A stretch of DNA of 63,655 nucleotides, filler included, from Bonamia ostreae (taxonomy: Eukaryota): NCBI GenBank assembly GCA_040357525.1. It is 4 parts of 4 records of this genome, joined end to end, with 100 filler letters (N's around TTAATTAATTAA, not from the genome) between each part and the next. Parts side by side here need not be neighbours in the genome. Positions count along the whole stretch, not along the records: positions 34,368 to 51,011 come from JBDODL010000007.1; 3 more parts are not named here. One strand, written 5' to 3'. The position numbers and the translations under genes were made by a program. Every line of letters starts with the position of its first letter. The stretch's first letter is position 1. Below are positions 36,887-50,185 of this stretch, in pieces. A model generated the notes under the pieces. It was not told where the DNA came from. It made no database searches and worked only from the letters and a program-made list of their open reading frames with translations.

Positions 36887-38636
36887 TGCAACAAATAAAA
36901 CGGAGATTGTCAACCATTCAAATGCAAAACAAAAAGAAATTTTCGGACTTTGAGTTAGAAGATGATATCCAAAAATTCCTAAAAAGCGTCAATATTAAAT
37001 ATCCGACAAACGTGCAAACCAAAGTTTTGGATTTGCTTCTTAGAGGAGAAGATGGTTTTGTATTGTTTTACAAAAATTGAAATAACAATTTTAAAAATTT
37101 GATATTTCAACAAATTCATTTTAGTCGTTTTCGCTGATCAGACAGGAACGGGGAAAACATTTTCGACCATTATTTATAGTGTCCAAAGAATAAAAAACAT
37201 TCTTTCGGAAAGAGAATCGCATATTTTAAAGTTCGATTTTTCATATTTAAAACAGACCCGGCGCACCTCTGGCCATCATCGTCAGTCCGACGCGGGAACT
37301 TGCGACTCAAATCCTTAAAACGGCAAAGCAAATTTCGCATGTCGCTCGTTTCAGCTCTTCGTTGTTGACACAAAGCGGCAAAATCAGAAACCAGAAAGAA
37401 GAACTGCGCAAAGGACCTCATTTGGTGGTGGGAACTCCCGGAACACTAATTGTAACAATAAATTTATTTACCAATACAGAAACACATTAAACTGAAAAGT
37501 CTCGATTTGTCTGAAGTGCGTTTTTTCGCATTTGATGAAGTTGACGTTTTGTTCGACAAAGGATTCGTCGAAGAAAGCAGAAGATTGAAAAAAGAGGCAG
37601 AAAACAATTTTAAAGAGGATCCTCCTTTCCATTCTACGCAGTTTTGCGGTTGCAGTTCAACAATTATAACTCGAAACTTGACGTTTTCGAATATTTGAAA
37701 TCGTCCTTTTACAACAAACAATAATCAAAATAGTTATCTTCAAAGACAGTTTCCGTTTGCTTATCCTGTCGTGACTAAAATGCATCAAGTGCCCCCTAAA
37801 GAAATAAAGGTCAAGTTCATTGAACTGGGAGGACGAGACAAAATGCAAACGCTGCACATCGAAATAGAAGAAATGTCTAGGAAGAACAAAAAAATGCCGA
37901 TGACATTGATTTTCTGCAATTCAGAAAAAAGCTGCGCGGCTGTAAAAAACTTTCTCGCCGCAAATTCGTTCGACGTCGTTGAAATGCACAACGGATTGAA
38001 GCAAATCGTAAATTTTTGTACTTTTCAGGATAGAAAAAACAACTACGAAACTTGGAAATCGAAGGGGTGCCAGATCCTCGTGGCGACAGACATCGCTTGC
38101 AGGGGATTGGACACCGACTGCGAACATGTCTTTTTGTTCGATTTCCCTGTGACCACTACAGAATACTTGAACCGAATCGGCCGTACTGCGCGGCTCGGCA
38201 AACCAGGCGATGTCACAGCTCTGTTGAATAAGAGTGATGTGCCGTTCGCAAAGAGAATTGAAGTTTGTTTTGTGACACAAAATAGTATTGTCATCGAACC
38301 GGCAAACCACTGAACAACATTGCTTCTTCGAGACCGATTTCGCTGAAACTGCTTAAACAGTACGGCACGAAAAAATTGCAACACACTTCGGAATTCTCCA
38401 TCCCGCCACAGCACGCGAAAATGGATAGTCTGGTCGCCGATCCATCTAAATTTAAAAGAGGCGAGATGCAGATCAGACAGTTGGCGAACAGATACAGTGT
38501 TAGTAACCGCAAAAGTGGATTCAAATGGTTTTATACTGAAAAGGGAAGAAATAGAAGATGGGTCAAAAATACGGACAAAAAAGCATTTGAGCAAGAATTG
38601 AGAAATAACCAAAAAATATTTAATAAAAGAAAATAA
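36887..38636 (+). CDS. DEAD-box RNA helicase (DEVD; DDX28/RH50-like), multi-exon; start uncertain
   Basis: Q motif PTNVQ, ADQTGTGKT, PTRELA, GTPG, DEVD, ATDIACRGLD, RIGRTAR. Confidence 0.92.
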
Positions 38637-38748
38637 TTTTACATTCAATTTTTTGTGATTTTAAATATTTTAAAATATTGTTATTTTCACCAATTTATCG
38701 TAAAATGGCGATAGTATTCCGGAAAATAAACATAAAAGGATAAGATAT

Positions 38749-41512
38749 TTAAATTTGATTTTCAATTATGAAAATCTCAGGTTCTTCCATCTCCAGATTG
38801 TTGATATCGCCGTCCATCGGTGGATTGATGTCCTCAAAATCGTCTAAATGAATATTTGGGAGGGCATTGTTCGTTTTAATAGATATGATAACAGATATAG
38901 TGCCAATTGCTGCAGCAACAGCAGCTGCTGCGTTAACCGGAATTGATCTCGTCAATGTTGTTTCCGTTTTAGTAATTGGTCTATTACCACAAAAAGATTT
39001 GCTGGTGTTCCAAGTTCCGTCGTAGCATGTTGGATCTTTGCCAATTAAATAATAAGAATTTCTGCACTTGATGACACAAGAGGAATTATCAGGACGGTTT
39101 ACGCATTTTTTGAGGTTTGATGTTTCAGCCTTGGCAATTGAAGGAACCAATTTGCAGGCTTTGAGACATTTCGCAGAAGACGAATTCCATTTTGCAGTTG
39201 AATCGCCAGCTTCGACGCATTTGATTTCACCCTTCGCCGTTCCATTCTCCAAGCATTGAAAGTCACAAAGATGGTTCAGTTTTGTATTGTTGCAGTCACT
39301 TTTTACAAGTATCGCAGATCTTTGCAGTAAACGGGGCAAATAAGTGCAACCTTTTTGGCACTGCGCAGAAATATTCCAAACTCTCTTTTCTGTACAGGTT
39401 ATTTTCCCAGTTTTAAAATAACTCGGCAATGCGCATTGGAAGGGGCATTGCTTTTTAATAGCAGAATTAGCACAGTTTTCAGGCAAAGTTATTAAAGTAG
39501 TGTTTATTTTCGGCATGTCATTGCACACTTTAATACATTTTGCAGTTGACAACCAATCAGCCTTATTTTTTGTTCGGTCGAAAACACATTTGATTTCTCC
39601 TTCTGGCAACATATTGTCTTGACATTCAAAATTATAAGTTTCGTTTTCGAATTTCCGATGATTTCCAAAAATCCTTATTTCCTGATCATTAACCTGTGGT
39701 CTTCCGGTGCATTCTGCAAATTTAACAAAATTACCATTTCTACATTTAGCTGTGATGTTCCAATTGCCCGTGGCATCACAAACAACCTTTCCTGTTTTCG
39801 CAGAGTTGAGACCATTGCATCTAAAATCGCAAGTTTTGTTTAAGTTTAAATCTGCGCATTCGCTGGGTATGATTACATGCGATTTGTAGTCGATATTTGG
39901 TTTTCCAAAGCAAACTTGTGTGCATTTTGCAGTATTATTATGTTTGGATTCATTGCAATGTAAAATTCCTTCGCTTTTGAAACCAGTCTTGCATTTAAAA
40001 GGACATTTGTCGCCATATTTTGTGTTTTTGCATTTTTGAAGAGATTCGTTATCGACATTCTCTATATTCAAACCTGAAAAATCGCAATTTTTACGGCAAT
40101 ATAAAGTATCTGACCATATGCCATCTCGACAAAATATTTCACTCACCAATGAATAATTTTCATAATCTGAACAGTTCGATGAACATTTTTGGTTATTCTT
40201 TGTTAATCTGCAAGGTTTGTATAAATATGCATACATTTTCCCTTGATATTTTATCTCAGGCGGTAGTTCACATCCTTTTATATAAAAAGTTTTACCTCTT
40301 TCGCATTTTGGAGTGCTAGATATCTTTTTTCCTTTGCAGGATACTTCAATAATTGGAATTTCGTAATTTCTGCAATTGGTAGGACAATGATTCGAATATT
40401 GAGAGTTTCGACAAATAAATTCAACGCTTTTGGAATTTGATCTCGGATTACAAATTTTACATTCTTCTAAATATCTCTTTTCGTTTGGACGAAAGCATTT
40501 AAAAATTCCAAATTTAGGGAAATGGCCGCAAATGTGCTCGTCTGTTATCTTTGTCTTGCAATCTTTTTATTCGAAAATAAAAACAAGGCGTGCAAACAGT
40601 TCGATTAACAATTATTCCATTATCGCAAACTTCTCGATTCTCTTTCAAGAACCCTTTTCCGCAATTATTTTTTGATTCCATAAATATTTCGTCTGGGTAG
40701 CACTTCTTCACACAAATGGTGTTATTAAGGATCCATCCATTGGTTCCTCCACAGATCAAGTTTCCTTTGGCAACGTAATTTTTGTCGCAGGAATGGTTAC
40801 AAATATCATTTTTGTTTAAATTCAAACAATTTTTCATATAGCCATTTTCAATTTGGATTGTTTCAACGCATTTCTCCACTTAAATCTATTTAAAAACATC
40901 TTTCGCAAAGTTTATGTGTCAACTTTTTGATTTGGTTTTCCGATTTATCGACGCATTCAACACCATTTTGTTCAGCCATTTTTCTGAAAAAACTGCTATC
41001 TTGATCACCGAATGCTTAAATATAACTAAATTGAAACGTGCGAACTGTATCAAAAAACCATTTTGTTTCAATATTTTGATGTTTTTTTCCAAAATGTGTT
41101 CATCATGAGTTTGACCATCCGTGACGACAATTAAGATTTTGTTTTTATTTTTTACATTTTTCAATCTTAAAATCTGTTCAAAGCAAGTATTCAAGAGCGT
41201 CATTAGATTTACAGTTAATTTCTGGTTAATTTCTTCAGAGTCAAGTTTTTCGAAGACTTTTGTAATGTTTCTCTCATCTGTTACAATATTAGACGAGTAA
41301 GAAAAATATCTATACAAAGACACAGGAAATTTTATGTTTGTATACTTGGAAGCATTTGTTATGTAATCTCTTACAAATGTCTTTTCTTCTCCAATATGAT
41401 TATGGACCGAATAAGAAAAATCGATGCAGAAATAGAGACTAAAATCTTGACATTCAGTTTTTATTATCCTAACAAAAATATTCAACGCAATGACGCAAAC
41501 TATAGACATCAT
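38749..41512 (-). CDS. vWA + multiple sushi/CCP type I membrane adhesin
   Basis: Signal peptide, MIDAS DFSYS and VVTDG, about 8 CCP-like modules (C.F.C..G....G.I.C...G.W.....C), TM, acidic tail. Confidence 0.85.
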
Positions 41513-42047
41513 TGATAATTCTGAAAATTAATTTTTTAAATTTAAATATTAACTTTGATAATTTCACATACAGATTTTGTAGTTTCTTTTATTTTCAAAA
41601 ACATTATTTGCAGAAAATTATACGCGTTTGATTATAAAACCCGAAAATTTAGAAACGTGTTTGGGCAAAATTGCCAATTTTGGCAAATTAGGACAACGTT
41701 TAATTTTAAAAATTTAAAAACAATTTTGCGATTTAAAACCAATTTTTAAATTGTTCGTCAAAAAATGATCATATTTTAGCAATTTTCATACACATTATTT
41801 CCTCCGTGTTTGAACTATAATAACAACATTATTTAACAAAATTTCTATTATTGCAAATTTCAAACAAAGATATTCAGGAGAAAGATATTCAATGCAATTT
41901 AAAACTAGAAGATGTTTCAAAAATATTTCTTGAGCGGATCGTATTAAAATTCAACAAAGACTATTGCAATTTACTAAAAATTCCCTCTTTAACGGCATCG
42001 CACATATTGCCAAAACCAGCAAAATTCTTCGATTATTGAGAAGGGCA

Positions 42048-44788
42048 ATGCCAGAGCCACAGACATTTTACATCGGGGCCAATTTCAAGCCGACGCTCAA
42101 ACAGATTTTGGACATCTCTTCTAAACGGCACCTCAAAATCGGCTTCGACCAAACGATCCCGATCCGACTCGCAGAGCCCAAACCCGAATACACTGAACGA
42201 GTCGACCGACTGAACAGAGCCCTCCTCTTCATCGTCCTGACCAAGCTCCTGAAAAGACGCCAACTCTCCGAAAACGAAGCCGCCATAAAATACAATATCG
42301 GAATGCTAAACAGCAATCGGATATCGTCTCCGAAGTTCGGAATCGAAAGTTACTACGATTCGGTTCCGTCGGGCAAATTTGCGTATTTTGATTACGAGAA
42401 CGACGTTTAAATTCGAGCGCTTATAAAGTTCCCTTTCAGTTTCGAATTCTGTCGCGTCCAATCCCATTTGGCCAGGATCGCCCTGGCCGCGGAGGATCTG
42501 CGACTGCTCGCCGATCTGTCCGATGTGGTCTCCGCCCTCTCCTGCGAAGCTCTGCGCCAGAACACGGCCGCCTTCTCCTCGGACATCGAGTCGTTTTATC
42601 AACTCACTTTCACCGCAAACAGAAAATCGCAGAACGTGAGAAGAAGCGACAAGACGATGCTGAGTCTTCTGGAGGACTCCCGGTTGTCCACAAAAACGGC
42701 CGAAGGAGACTTTGGCGAACTCAAAGACGCGACTTTGGTGAACGGGACGGTGCGCAGCCAAATAAGCGAGTTCTTGGAATACGTCCAAAGGAGCGTAAAC
42801 GAGCCCCCGACGGAAATCGCAACGAACATCGCTCTCGAAAAACTGAACACGAAAACGGCCAATTTGGCCAACCATCTGAAACTGCTTTCCAGTTGCACCA
42901 AAAACAAACTCGTTCTGCAGAACGCGTTCGCCGACGAAGAGCTTCCGGCGGGAAGCGCCGAAGCGACCGGCTCGTTTCTAGAAGAGCTGGAGCGGTCCCT
43001 CCGGCTGCTCTCCGCGGAGGCCCTGGTCGCGATGGAGAGGATCGCGGGAGAAGAGAAGGACAAGCGCGAGAGAGTGGAGCGCGCGCAGAGGCGGAAAGAA
43101 GAGATCGCCCTGAAAAGAGGAAACGGAAGCGGCGGCGAAAAGGAGGACCGCAAAGCGGCCGAGAAGCGGAAAAAGAAGCTCGCGAAGAAGTCCGACGTCG
43201 GGCTGGGGAAGGCCAACCGACTCTTCTACGACAAATTCAAGCACTTGAGCAACGCAAAAACCCCAAACCGCTCCGCGGCTCTGGCCGCGATGCGCGCTTT
43301 CCGCGAAGAAAAAAACTTCGTTTCGCGGCTCCTGCGCAACGCGACCAAAACGCAAAAGCTGCAGACGCCCCGCGGCACCCGGGACACCGACCCGCGGATG
43401 GCGGCGGTCCGCGACGAAGCCTTCGCGAAGATCAAGGCCGTCTTCGACCGCTACGGCGCGGTGCAGATCGACACTCCGGTCTTCGAGAAGAAGGAGGTCC
43501 TCCTCAACAAGTACGGGGAGGACTCGAAGCTGATCTACGACCTCAAAGAGCAGGGCGGCGAGCCGCTGAGCCTGCGCTACGACCTGACGGTCCCCTTCGC
43601 GCGCTACGCGGCGATGCGCGGACTGAAGGAGATGAAGCGCTACCACATCGGCAAAGTCTACCGGCGAGACGCGCCCGCGGTGTCGCGGGGCAAGTTCAGG
43701 GAGTTCTACCAGTGCGACTTCGACATCGCGGGGAAGTTCGGGCGGATGCTGCCGGACGCGGAGATCCTCGCGGTCTGCAGCGACATCCTGACGAGCCTGG
43801 AACTGGGCGAATTCGTCATTCGAGTCAACCACCGCGTGTTGCTCGACGCCATTTTGGAGTCGAGCGGAGTGCCTGCTTCGAAGTTCCGGACGATCTGCTC
43901 CGCGATCGACAAGCTGGACAAGTGCTCGTGGGCTGCGGTGAAGCAGGAAATGGTCTTCGAGAAGGGGCTGTCCGACGCGGTCGCGGAGGAGATCAAAGGC
44001 CACATCTTCCTGAAAGGGCGGGACTGCTCCGACCTCCTGGCGCAGCTGAGGGCCAGACTCCGCGAGAAGAGGGCCACTTCGGAGGCGTTGGAGGAGATGG
44101 AGACGTTGCTCGGATATCTCGATCGATACGGCTGCGCCAAAAACGTCTCTTTGGACTTCTCGCTGGCGAGAGGACTGGACTACTACACGGGGCTCATTTT
44201 CGAGGTTTGGTCGACAACAAGAACAATAATTTGTGTATCTTAACTCAAACCCCGAAAAAGACAAAAACGCAAATTGCGAAAAACTTGATTAAGCGAAACC
44301 CATATAATAATTAGGCCGTTTTGAAAAGCGTCGAAAACAGTCCTTCGATCGCGGGAGGAGGGCGATATGACCATCTGATCGGAATGTTTTCGGGGCACGA
44401 TTTGCCGGCCATCGGATTGTCCATCGGAATAGAAAGGATTTTGGCCATTTTGGGCGGAGAATCGAATGCGATGGGCTCTTTGAGGGCAGTGAGGGAAAGC
44501 AAGACGGAAGTTTTGGTCGCTTCGGCCGTGAAGGAAATGGCTTTGGAGAAAATCTCTGTTTGCACGATGCTTCGGAAGGAAAGAATATCTTCCGAGTACG
44601 TCCTGCGCGACGAACTGACGCCGCAGCAGCAGATTAACATCGCTTTGGACAAAGGATTTCCGTTCGTTGTTTTTATCGACCGGAAGTTTTCTGAAGGAAT
44701 GGTCCAGTTGAAAAACATGAAAACTAAGTCTAAAGAACATTTGAAGATTGCTGATGTCGTTTCTGTTGTTAGAGCGTCGAGGATTTGA
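42048..44788 (+). CDS. HARS: Histidyl-tRNA synthetase with long N-terminal extension (introns of 24 nt near 42404 and 110 nt at 44205-44314)
   Basis: TPRGTRD, IDTPVFE, KYGEDSKLIYDL, LRYDLTVPFARY, REFYQCDFDIAG, LARGLDYYTG, GGGRYD, GIERI. Confidence 0.97.
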
Positions 44789-44912
44789 AATAAAATATTG
44801 ACCATTTTTTCAGAAATTAAATTTTTTTAAGTAAAAATTCAAATTTTTTAAGTAAAAAATCAAATATTTTACGAAAATATTATTTTTATTTTGCTATTTT
44901 TTGCAGAAAATA

Positions 44913-45743
44913 TTATTTTTTACGATATTGTGAACGCAATTTAATTCGAAATTTTTTTCGAACATTTTTGTCGATTTTCTTTTTGTCGATTTTTGTCGAT
45001 TTTCTATTAAATCGTTTTTTGATTTTTCTATTAGAGTCGGATTGGAAATGTTTTTTGCGTTGATGCGCTTCCAAATAACCTTTTTCGGAAAATGATTTTT
45101 GACAAATTTTGCATTCAAATTCTCGCGATTTGGAAGGATTCCTTTCTTCAGCAAAATTCTTTTCGCTTCTAAGAACTCGACGATCTCTTCTTTCACAGCT
45201 GAAGCAGATCCATTTTCTCTCGCCAATCATATCGAATTCCGTTTGCGACATTTTTATGCATTTGATGTGGTACCATTCTTTGCAGGCGTCGCACATCACC
45301 ATCGGATGTTCCCCGTAATCTTGTCGCCTGCAAACACAAAAAATTTCGCCGGGCTATTTTGTAATTGCAATGAAAACTTCTCCCTCGTCGCTGTCGACGG
45401 GATCATCTTTTTCTTCTGTTATCTTTTCGTCGAATTTGAAGAAAGAATCGAGTTTCTGTAAATTGAGTTTGTAGAAATCGTCGTCAATCCGCCCGGTTTC
45501 AAGAAAGTTTTCCAAGAGTACCCCATCTTTTCTTTTGAGAGGGGTCTTATAGCCTTTGTAACAGAAGAGAGCAAGTTCTTCGTCGTTGAAATCGTAAAGT
45601 TTGAGGAGGTTCACTCTTTTCAGGTTTTCCTCTGTTTCGGCTTTAACTCGTTTGAAATGTGCCGATGATTTGTTTCCCTTTAAACTGCATATCGGGTTTG
45701 TTCTTAAAAATGCGTTAAGTTTTATTATTTCGATTTTCGACAT
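44913..45743 (-). CDS. PHD finger + C2H2 zinc-finger protein
   Basis: After a 24-nt intron: FCVCR...MVMCDACKEWYHIKC...WICFSC; then CKICQKSF...HQRKKH. Confidence 0.85.
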
Positions 45744-46170
45744 TTTGATAGTCGAATATGTTGATTTTGAGCTTTAAATTGTTTAATAATATCCGTATAA
45801 TAAATTTACGTTTGTTTAATTATATTAAAAACAATAAAAAATAAGAAATCGATCGTCCAATTTTTCCAAAAGACTTTTCAGAAAAAATTTCTTTTTTGTA
45901 AATGAAATTCCAAAAACAACAAATCTTCTAAAACGATCGTCTCCATTACAGCAAAAGCAAAATGATGTGATTTATCAAAATTTAATTTATTTTCAAAATG
46001 TTTCGAGTTGGTTTCCCTCCTAAAAATTTAATTTGCAAAAGAAAAAATACCAAAAGATGTTTTTAATACGATCATCAAATGTTGCTATGAAAAATCAATC
46101 CACAAAAAATATTGCAAAAATCAAATTTTATTAAATCGATGTTTTCCAAAAATAAAAAATTGTTAAAAAT

Positions 46171-47250
46171 TTATTTGACCAATTCGTCGCCATTCGACAT
46201 TTCATAAAGTCGTTGAAACTTCTTTTTGATTTCAAAATATTTCCTTCCGTTTTGCTCTTTCATAATGGCGACTTTCTTGACAGCTTCTACTAAACTTTTT
46301 TTCTGTGTTTTATCGTTTGGCTCGATCCCGAATTTTCGCACCAGTTCAATCGATCCGATTTTGGGATTTTCCACGATGACTTTGACGACGTTCATCTCGG
46401 AAATCGATTTTGTGGCGTCGCTTCTGATCGATTTTTTCTCTTTAGAAAGAGAACGTTCTTCTTCGGATTGATTGGAATCCTCCGAGATGTCCGTGAGAAT
46501 CGACTCTTCTTCTCTTTTTCGTGTGGCTTTGTTGGTTTTGCCTTGCAGCAATTCGATAATGCGTTTTTTCTCTGTCTCTTCTTCTCTAGTTTCCGGGTTT
46601 CTGGATTCCTTTTCATACCCTTCAAACGGATTTGAAGTTTCAATGGGCTGTTCATCAAATTGGCCTTCGTCATCCGATTGTTCTTTGTAGAAGTCCCCTG
46701 TTTTTTCGTTTTCGTCGTCGTTTCTGTTTTGGGGAAAATCTGCTTCGTCGTAGAAGAGCTCATTTTTCGGCTCGAAAGAGGTCGATTTTTCAAGCGCGTT
46801 CATTAGTTTTGTCTTTTTGGCGGGAACAAAATTATCACTCTTTTTGAAATCGTTATTGGCGATACTGTCATTTGTCGAATTCTTAAACTCGCTTCGGATG
46901 AATTTGTAGGGAACCACGGGATAACAACAGAATCGCAGATTTTCGTCTTGCTCCAAAACGACGAATGAATATTTTGAGGACTGGCTTTCTCCGACATAAT
47001 CGAAGCCATTTCCGTCTGTTAGAATCAAACCAGGATCTCGTTTTAGTCGCCTTATTGGCGGAAGTCTTTTCCTTTTGTTCGCCAAATTTTCCTCTTCTTT
47101 GAAAACGCGCTGTTTTTGTATCTTGAGAGCAGCTTTGGCGGTTTCTACGTTTTTCGGTCCTGAGAATTTTGCGACTATCGAATGTTTGCCAGGATCATCC
47201 ATGTGCTTTCTGTACAACGGGATTGAAATCTGATTTGGTATGTTTTCCAT
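46171..47250 (-). CDS. Probable TFIIF large subunit (RAP74-like)
   Basis: N-terminal barrel-like part (YVG...YSFVV...F..YPV..YKF), acidic linker, C-terminal winged-helix-like end. Confidence 0.55.
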   Translation of the reverse strand: MENIPNQISIPLYRKHMDDPGKHSIVAKFSGPKNVETAKAALKIQKQRVFKEEENLANKRKRLPPIRRLKRDPGLILTDGNGFDYVGESQSSKYSFVVLEQDENLRFCCYPVVPYKFIRSEFKNSTNDSIANNDFKKSDNFVPAKKTKLMNALEKSTSFEPKNELFYDEADFPQNRNDDENEKTGDFYKEQSDDEGQFDEQPIETSNPFEGYEKESRNPETREEETEKKRIIELLQGKTNKATRKREEESILTDISEDSNQSEEERSLSKEKKSIRSDATKSISEMNVVKVIVENPKIGSIELVRKFGIEPNDKTQKKSLVEAVKKVAIMKEQNGRKYFEIKKKFQRLYEMSNGDELVK

Positions 47251-47487
47251 TTTTCAGTTTGTTTTATAGTTCGCCTATAAAAAAGCCGTTTATGTGTTTT
47301 TTAATTGTCGAATTTGAGGATAAAATTTTTATCTTCGATATTATAGAGCCCAGTTTCAAACAAGATTATTTTTTATCTTTGATATCTGTGAAATTTCTGG
47401 GAAAATTAGGTTTCGAATTGGAAAATTGGTTTATAAGAAAATGCCAAAAATTGGATTTTAAAAAAATAAATGGCGATTTTACATTTA

Positions 47488-48023
47488 TTATACAAAATCT
47501 GAGAAGATGCCGTTGAGGATAAGTGCCCCGACAAGACCACCGCCTAAATAATAATTTATACTGCGCTTCGTGGAGTAAGTCAAGCTGATACTGCGAAAAC
47601 ACATATATTCGTACAAAATAATAGTTGTTATCACTGACAAAACGAGCAACAAATTGATAAACCTGAGAACCCATTTCACTGGAAGGTTCCAACAAAGGAT
47701 GAGCACTTGACAAGTGGTGATCACCAATAGCAACACCAGACAGATGGACAAAATAATCAAAATCACTCTATTCCCAAGCGAAAACTAGAATTTTTAACAA
47801 CAACTTTGTCGCAATTTCCCGCGCAAAAATAATTCGGGTCGGTGTAATTATAAGACTCGGTGAAATTTAGCTCTTTGGTGCTTTCCGTGTATCCTCTAAG
47901 GCCAAGTCTGTAAACAGCGAAGCCAGTCTCTGCGATAGCCCAATTTTGGTTGAAGATTAGCAGAAAGATAAGAACAGCAGATCCAGCCTGAAAGAGAAAA
48001 CTGAGAGCAGCAGTGAAGAACAT
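47488..48023 (-). CDS. Four-TM claudin/PMP22-like protein; start uncertain
   Basis: NW...RLGLRGY, CAGNC, four hydrophobic segments; one tiny intron. Confidence 0.6.
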
Positions 48024-48281
48024 TGCGTGGATTTTAGTTTTGCAAAATGCATTTATTTGTCCATGCAATCTATTTAAAAATATAAAAGAAATGAGTCTAT
48101 AATTTTTATATTTTTGCTATATCAAAATCCATTTTGTTGTATTTTTAAAGATTTAATCAAATCCCCATTTAGACTTGAAAAATTTGTTTTTTGATTAAAT
48201 GACAAATTTTGCAAAATTGCAATTTTTTATGATTTGAAATTTATGTTTATAATAATTGAATGCAAAAATATACCATATTTA

Positions 48282-50059
48282 TCAACTCAATGAAATTGGC
48301 GTGTTGCTGATTTGTTTTAAATGTTTTTTAGTTTCGACAGATTTTTCTATTTTCTTGTAATCGTTATTTTTTCTCAATTTTGAGTGTATTTTCAATACAG
48401 ATGCGCTTTGAGGTCTTTTTAGTGCACGCTTTTTCAACGGAGTTCCAAAAGCTGCTTTAAAGCCTCCCGATTTCCTGCGAATTCTTCTTTGTTCTAATTC
48501 GACTCTTTCTCGCTCTTGGGCTTCTCTTTCGGCCCGTTCGAATTCCAAAATAATTTCTCGCAGAGGTTTTCCTTTCCAGAGGAAGTCCTGTCCACAGACC
48601 GATTCAAATTCGCCCACAAGACGCTTAATTTGCTCAGTGAGCTTCGGAAGATTTGCAACTTTGTTGCGGATTCGCTCTTCTTTGATAAGTCTTCCGGGTA
48701 TTTTGAACCGATTTGGATTTTTGTCGTCGAGTTTCGAGCGGAGGGCGATAACGGAAGCCCTTCTGTTCATTAATCGAGAGATTTTGGAAGAAACAGTTGC
48801 CAATTCTTCCAATTTTAGATGCAGTTTAACCAGACTTGAGTACTCTTCTTTTTTCGATTTAAATTTTGTTTCTTCCAAAAGTTGAAGTCGATTCTCTTGT
48901 GGAATGCGCATGGATGTAAACATGGAGTCAATTTTAGTTTTTTGGCGCGAGATTTTTTCTTCATATTGCTTTGAAAGTGCTTCGTTTAATTTCTTCGTGT
49001 ATCTTTCCAACTATTTTCGATGTCATTTTTATAATAAAAATTTTCTATTAGCATAAAAACTAATAAATCGCAATTGNNNNNNNNNNNNNNNNNNNNNNNN
49101 NNNNNNNNNNNNNNNNNNNNNNNNNNNNNNNNNNNNNNNNNNNNNNNNNNNNNNNNNNNNNNNNNNNNNNNNNNNNTTGACATCCCAATCATCCATATTT
49201 TTATATTCATCAGATTCCTTGACTTTTAGTTGACTCGTCAAATTTTCGATTTGAGCCCTTAAAACCTCCTTTTTCCGTTTTAATTTATTTTCAATAATTT
49301 CCAAAAAGTCTATTCGTTTTCTTATTTCCGAATTGATTCGAAAATCGTCTTCAAATCGAACTTTACCGGTCAACACCTTTTTATCGAATTCAGTCATTTC
49401 CTTTTCTTCTAATAAATTTCGTTTAAGTTTGTTGCGAAGCGTTTTGGCCAAAACTTCAAAACTTTCTTTTTCTTTTTTCTTCGAAAATATAAACTGAAAA
49501 CAATTTTTTTCGAGATTAATTGCTTTCGCTCAAGCAGTTCCTTTAGAAGTTTTTTGCTGACTGGCTTGTTGCAATCGAAAACAGATTTGTTTGTTGCGTT
49601 TAAATCGCCAAACTTTTCCTGCATTTTTAACAATTCATTTCTATTCTGTTGGAAAAGCACCTTCAAACTCGCTTCTTTTTCCACAAGTCTTTCTAACATT
49701 GGCTGGAAAGCGTTTAATTTGTCATTAATGCTTTTGTCCTCACTGTTCAAAATCTCTTCAATTTTGTCTTCTCCGTGATAAAAGCTGTCAATTGATTCTT
49801 CAAGTCGTTCTGCGATATCGATGCACTGTTTTTGCTGTGCCGACAATGCTTCTTTTTTCTTGTTAAATTCAATTTTTGCCTGTTCCAATTCAACTAGAAG
49901 AAATTCGTCGAGATGTTTTCTAAACAATATGTTTTGGTTCTCTCTTTCAGATTCAGTCAATCCCAGTTTCTTTTTATAATATTTTGTAACCTTCCAAATT
50001 GCATTGAGACTTTTTATACTATCCTCGACAGCATGCACGATCAATTCATAGAAAGACAT
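48282..50059 (-). CDS. PRC1: MAP65/PRC1/Ase1 microtubule-bundling protein, spans a gap
   Basis: L..IW...G..E.ER N-terminus; NPNRFKIPGRLIKEERIR...LPKL...FE...G.DFL..G. Confidence 0.88.
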
Positions 50060-50185
50060 TTCGATTATATGAAATTTTATTATTACTGTTAAAGCTTTTA
50101 ATTTCGTATGTTTATGAACAAATTAGTTTTTAATGAAATGCACAAGTAACGAGAATTTTAAGATTTTTTTAACCCATTTATTATA

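Noticed and set aside
42893-44314. Long overlapping and antisense ORFs (473 aa, 428 aa; similar ones over GCN5 and BT1)
   Set aside because: Shadow ORFs expected from GC3-rich coding sequence; no motifs.
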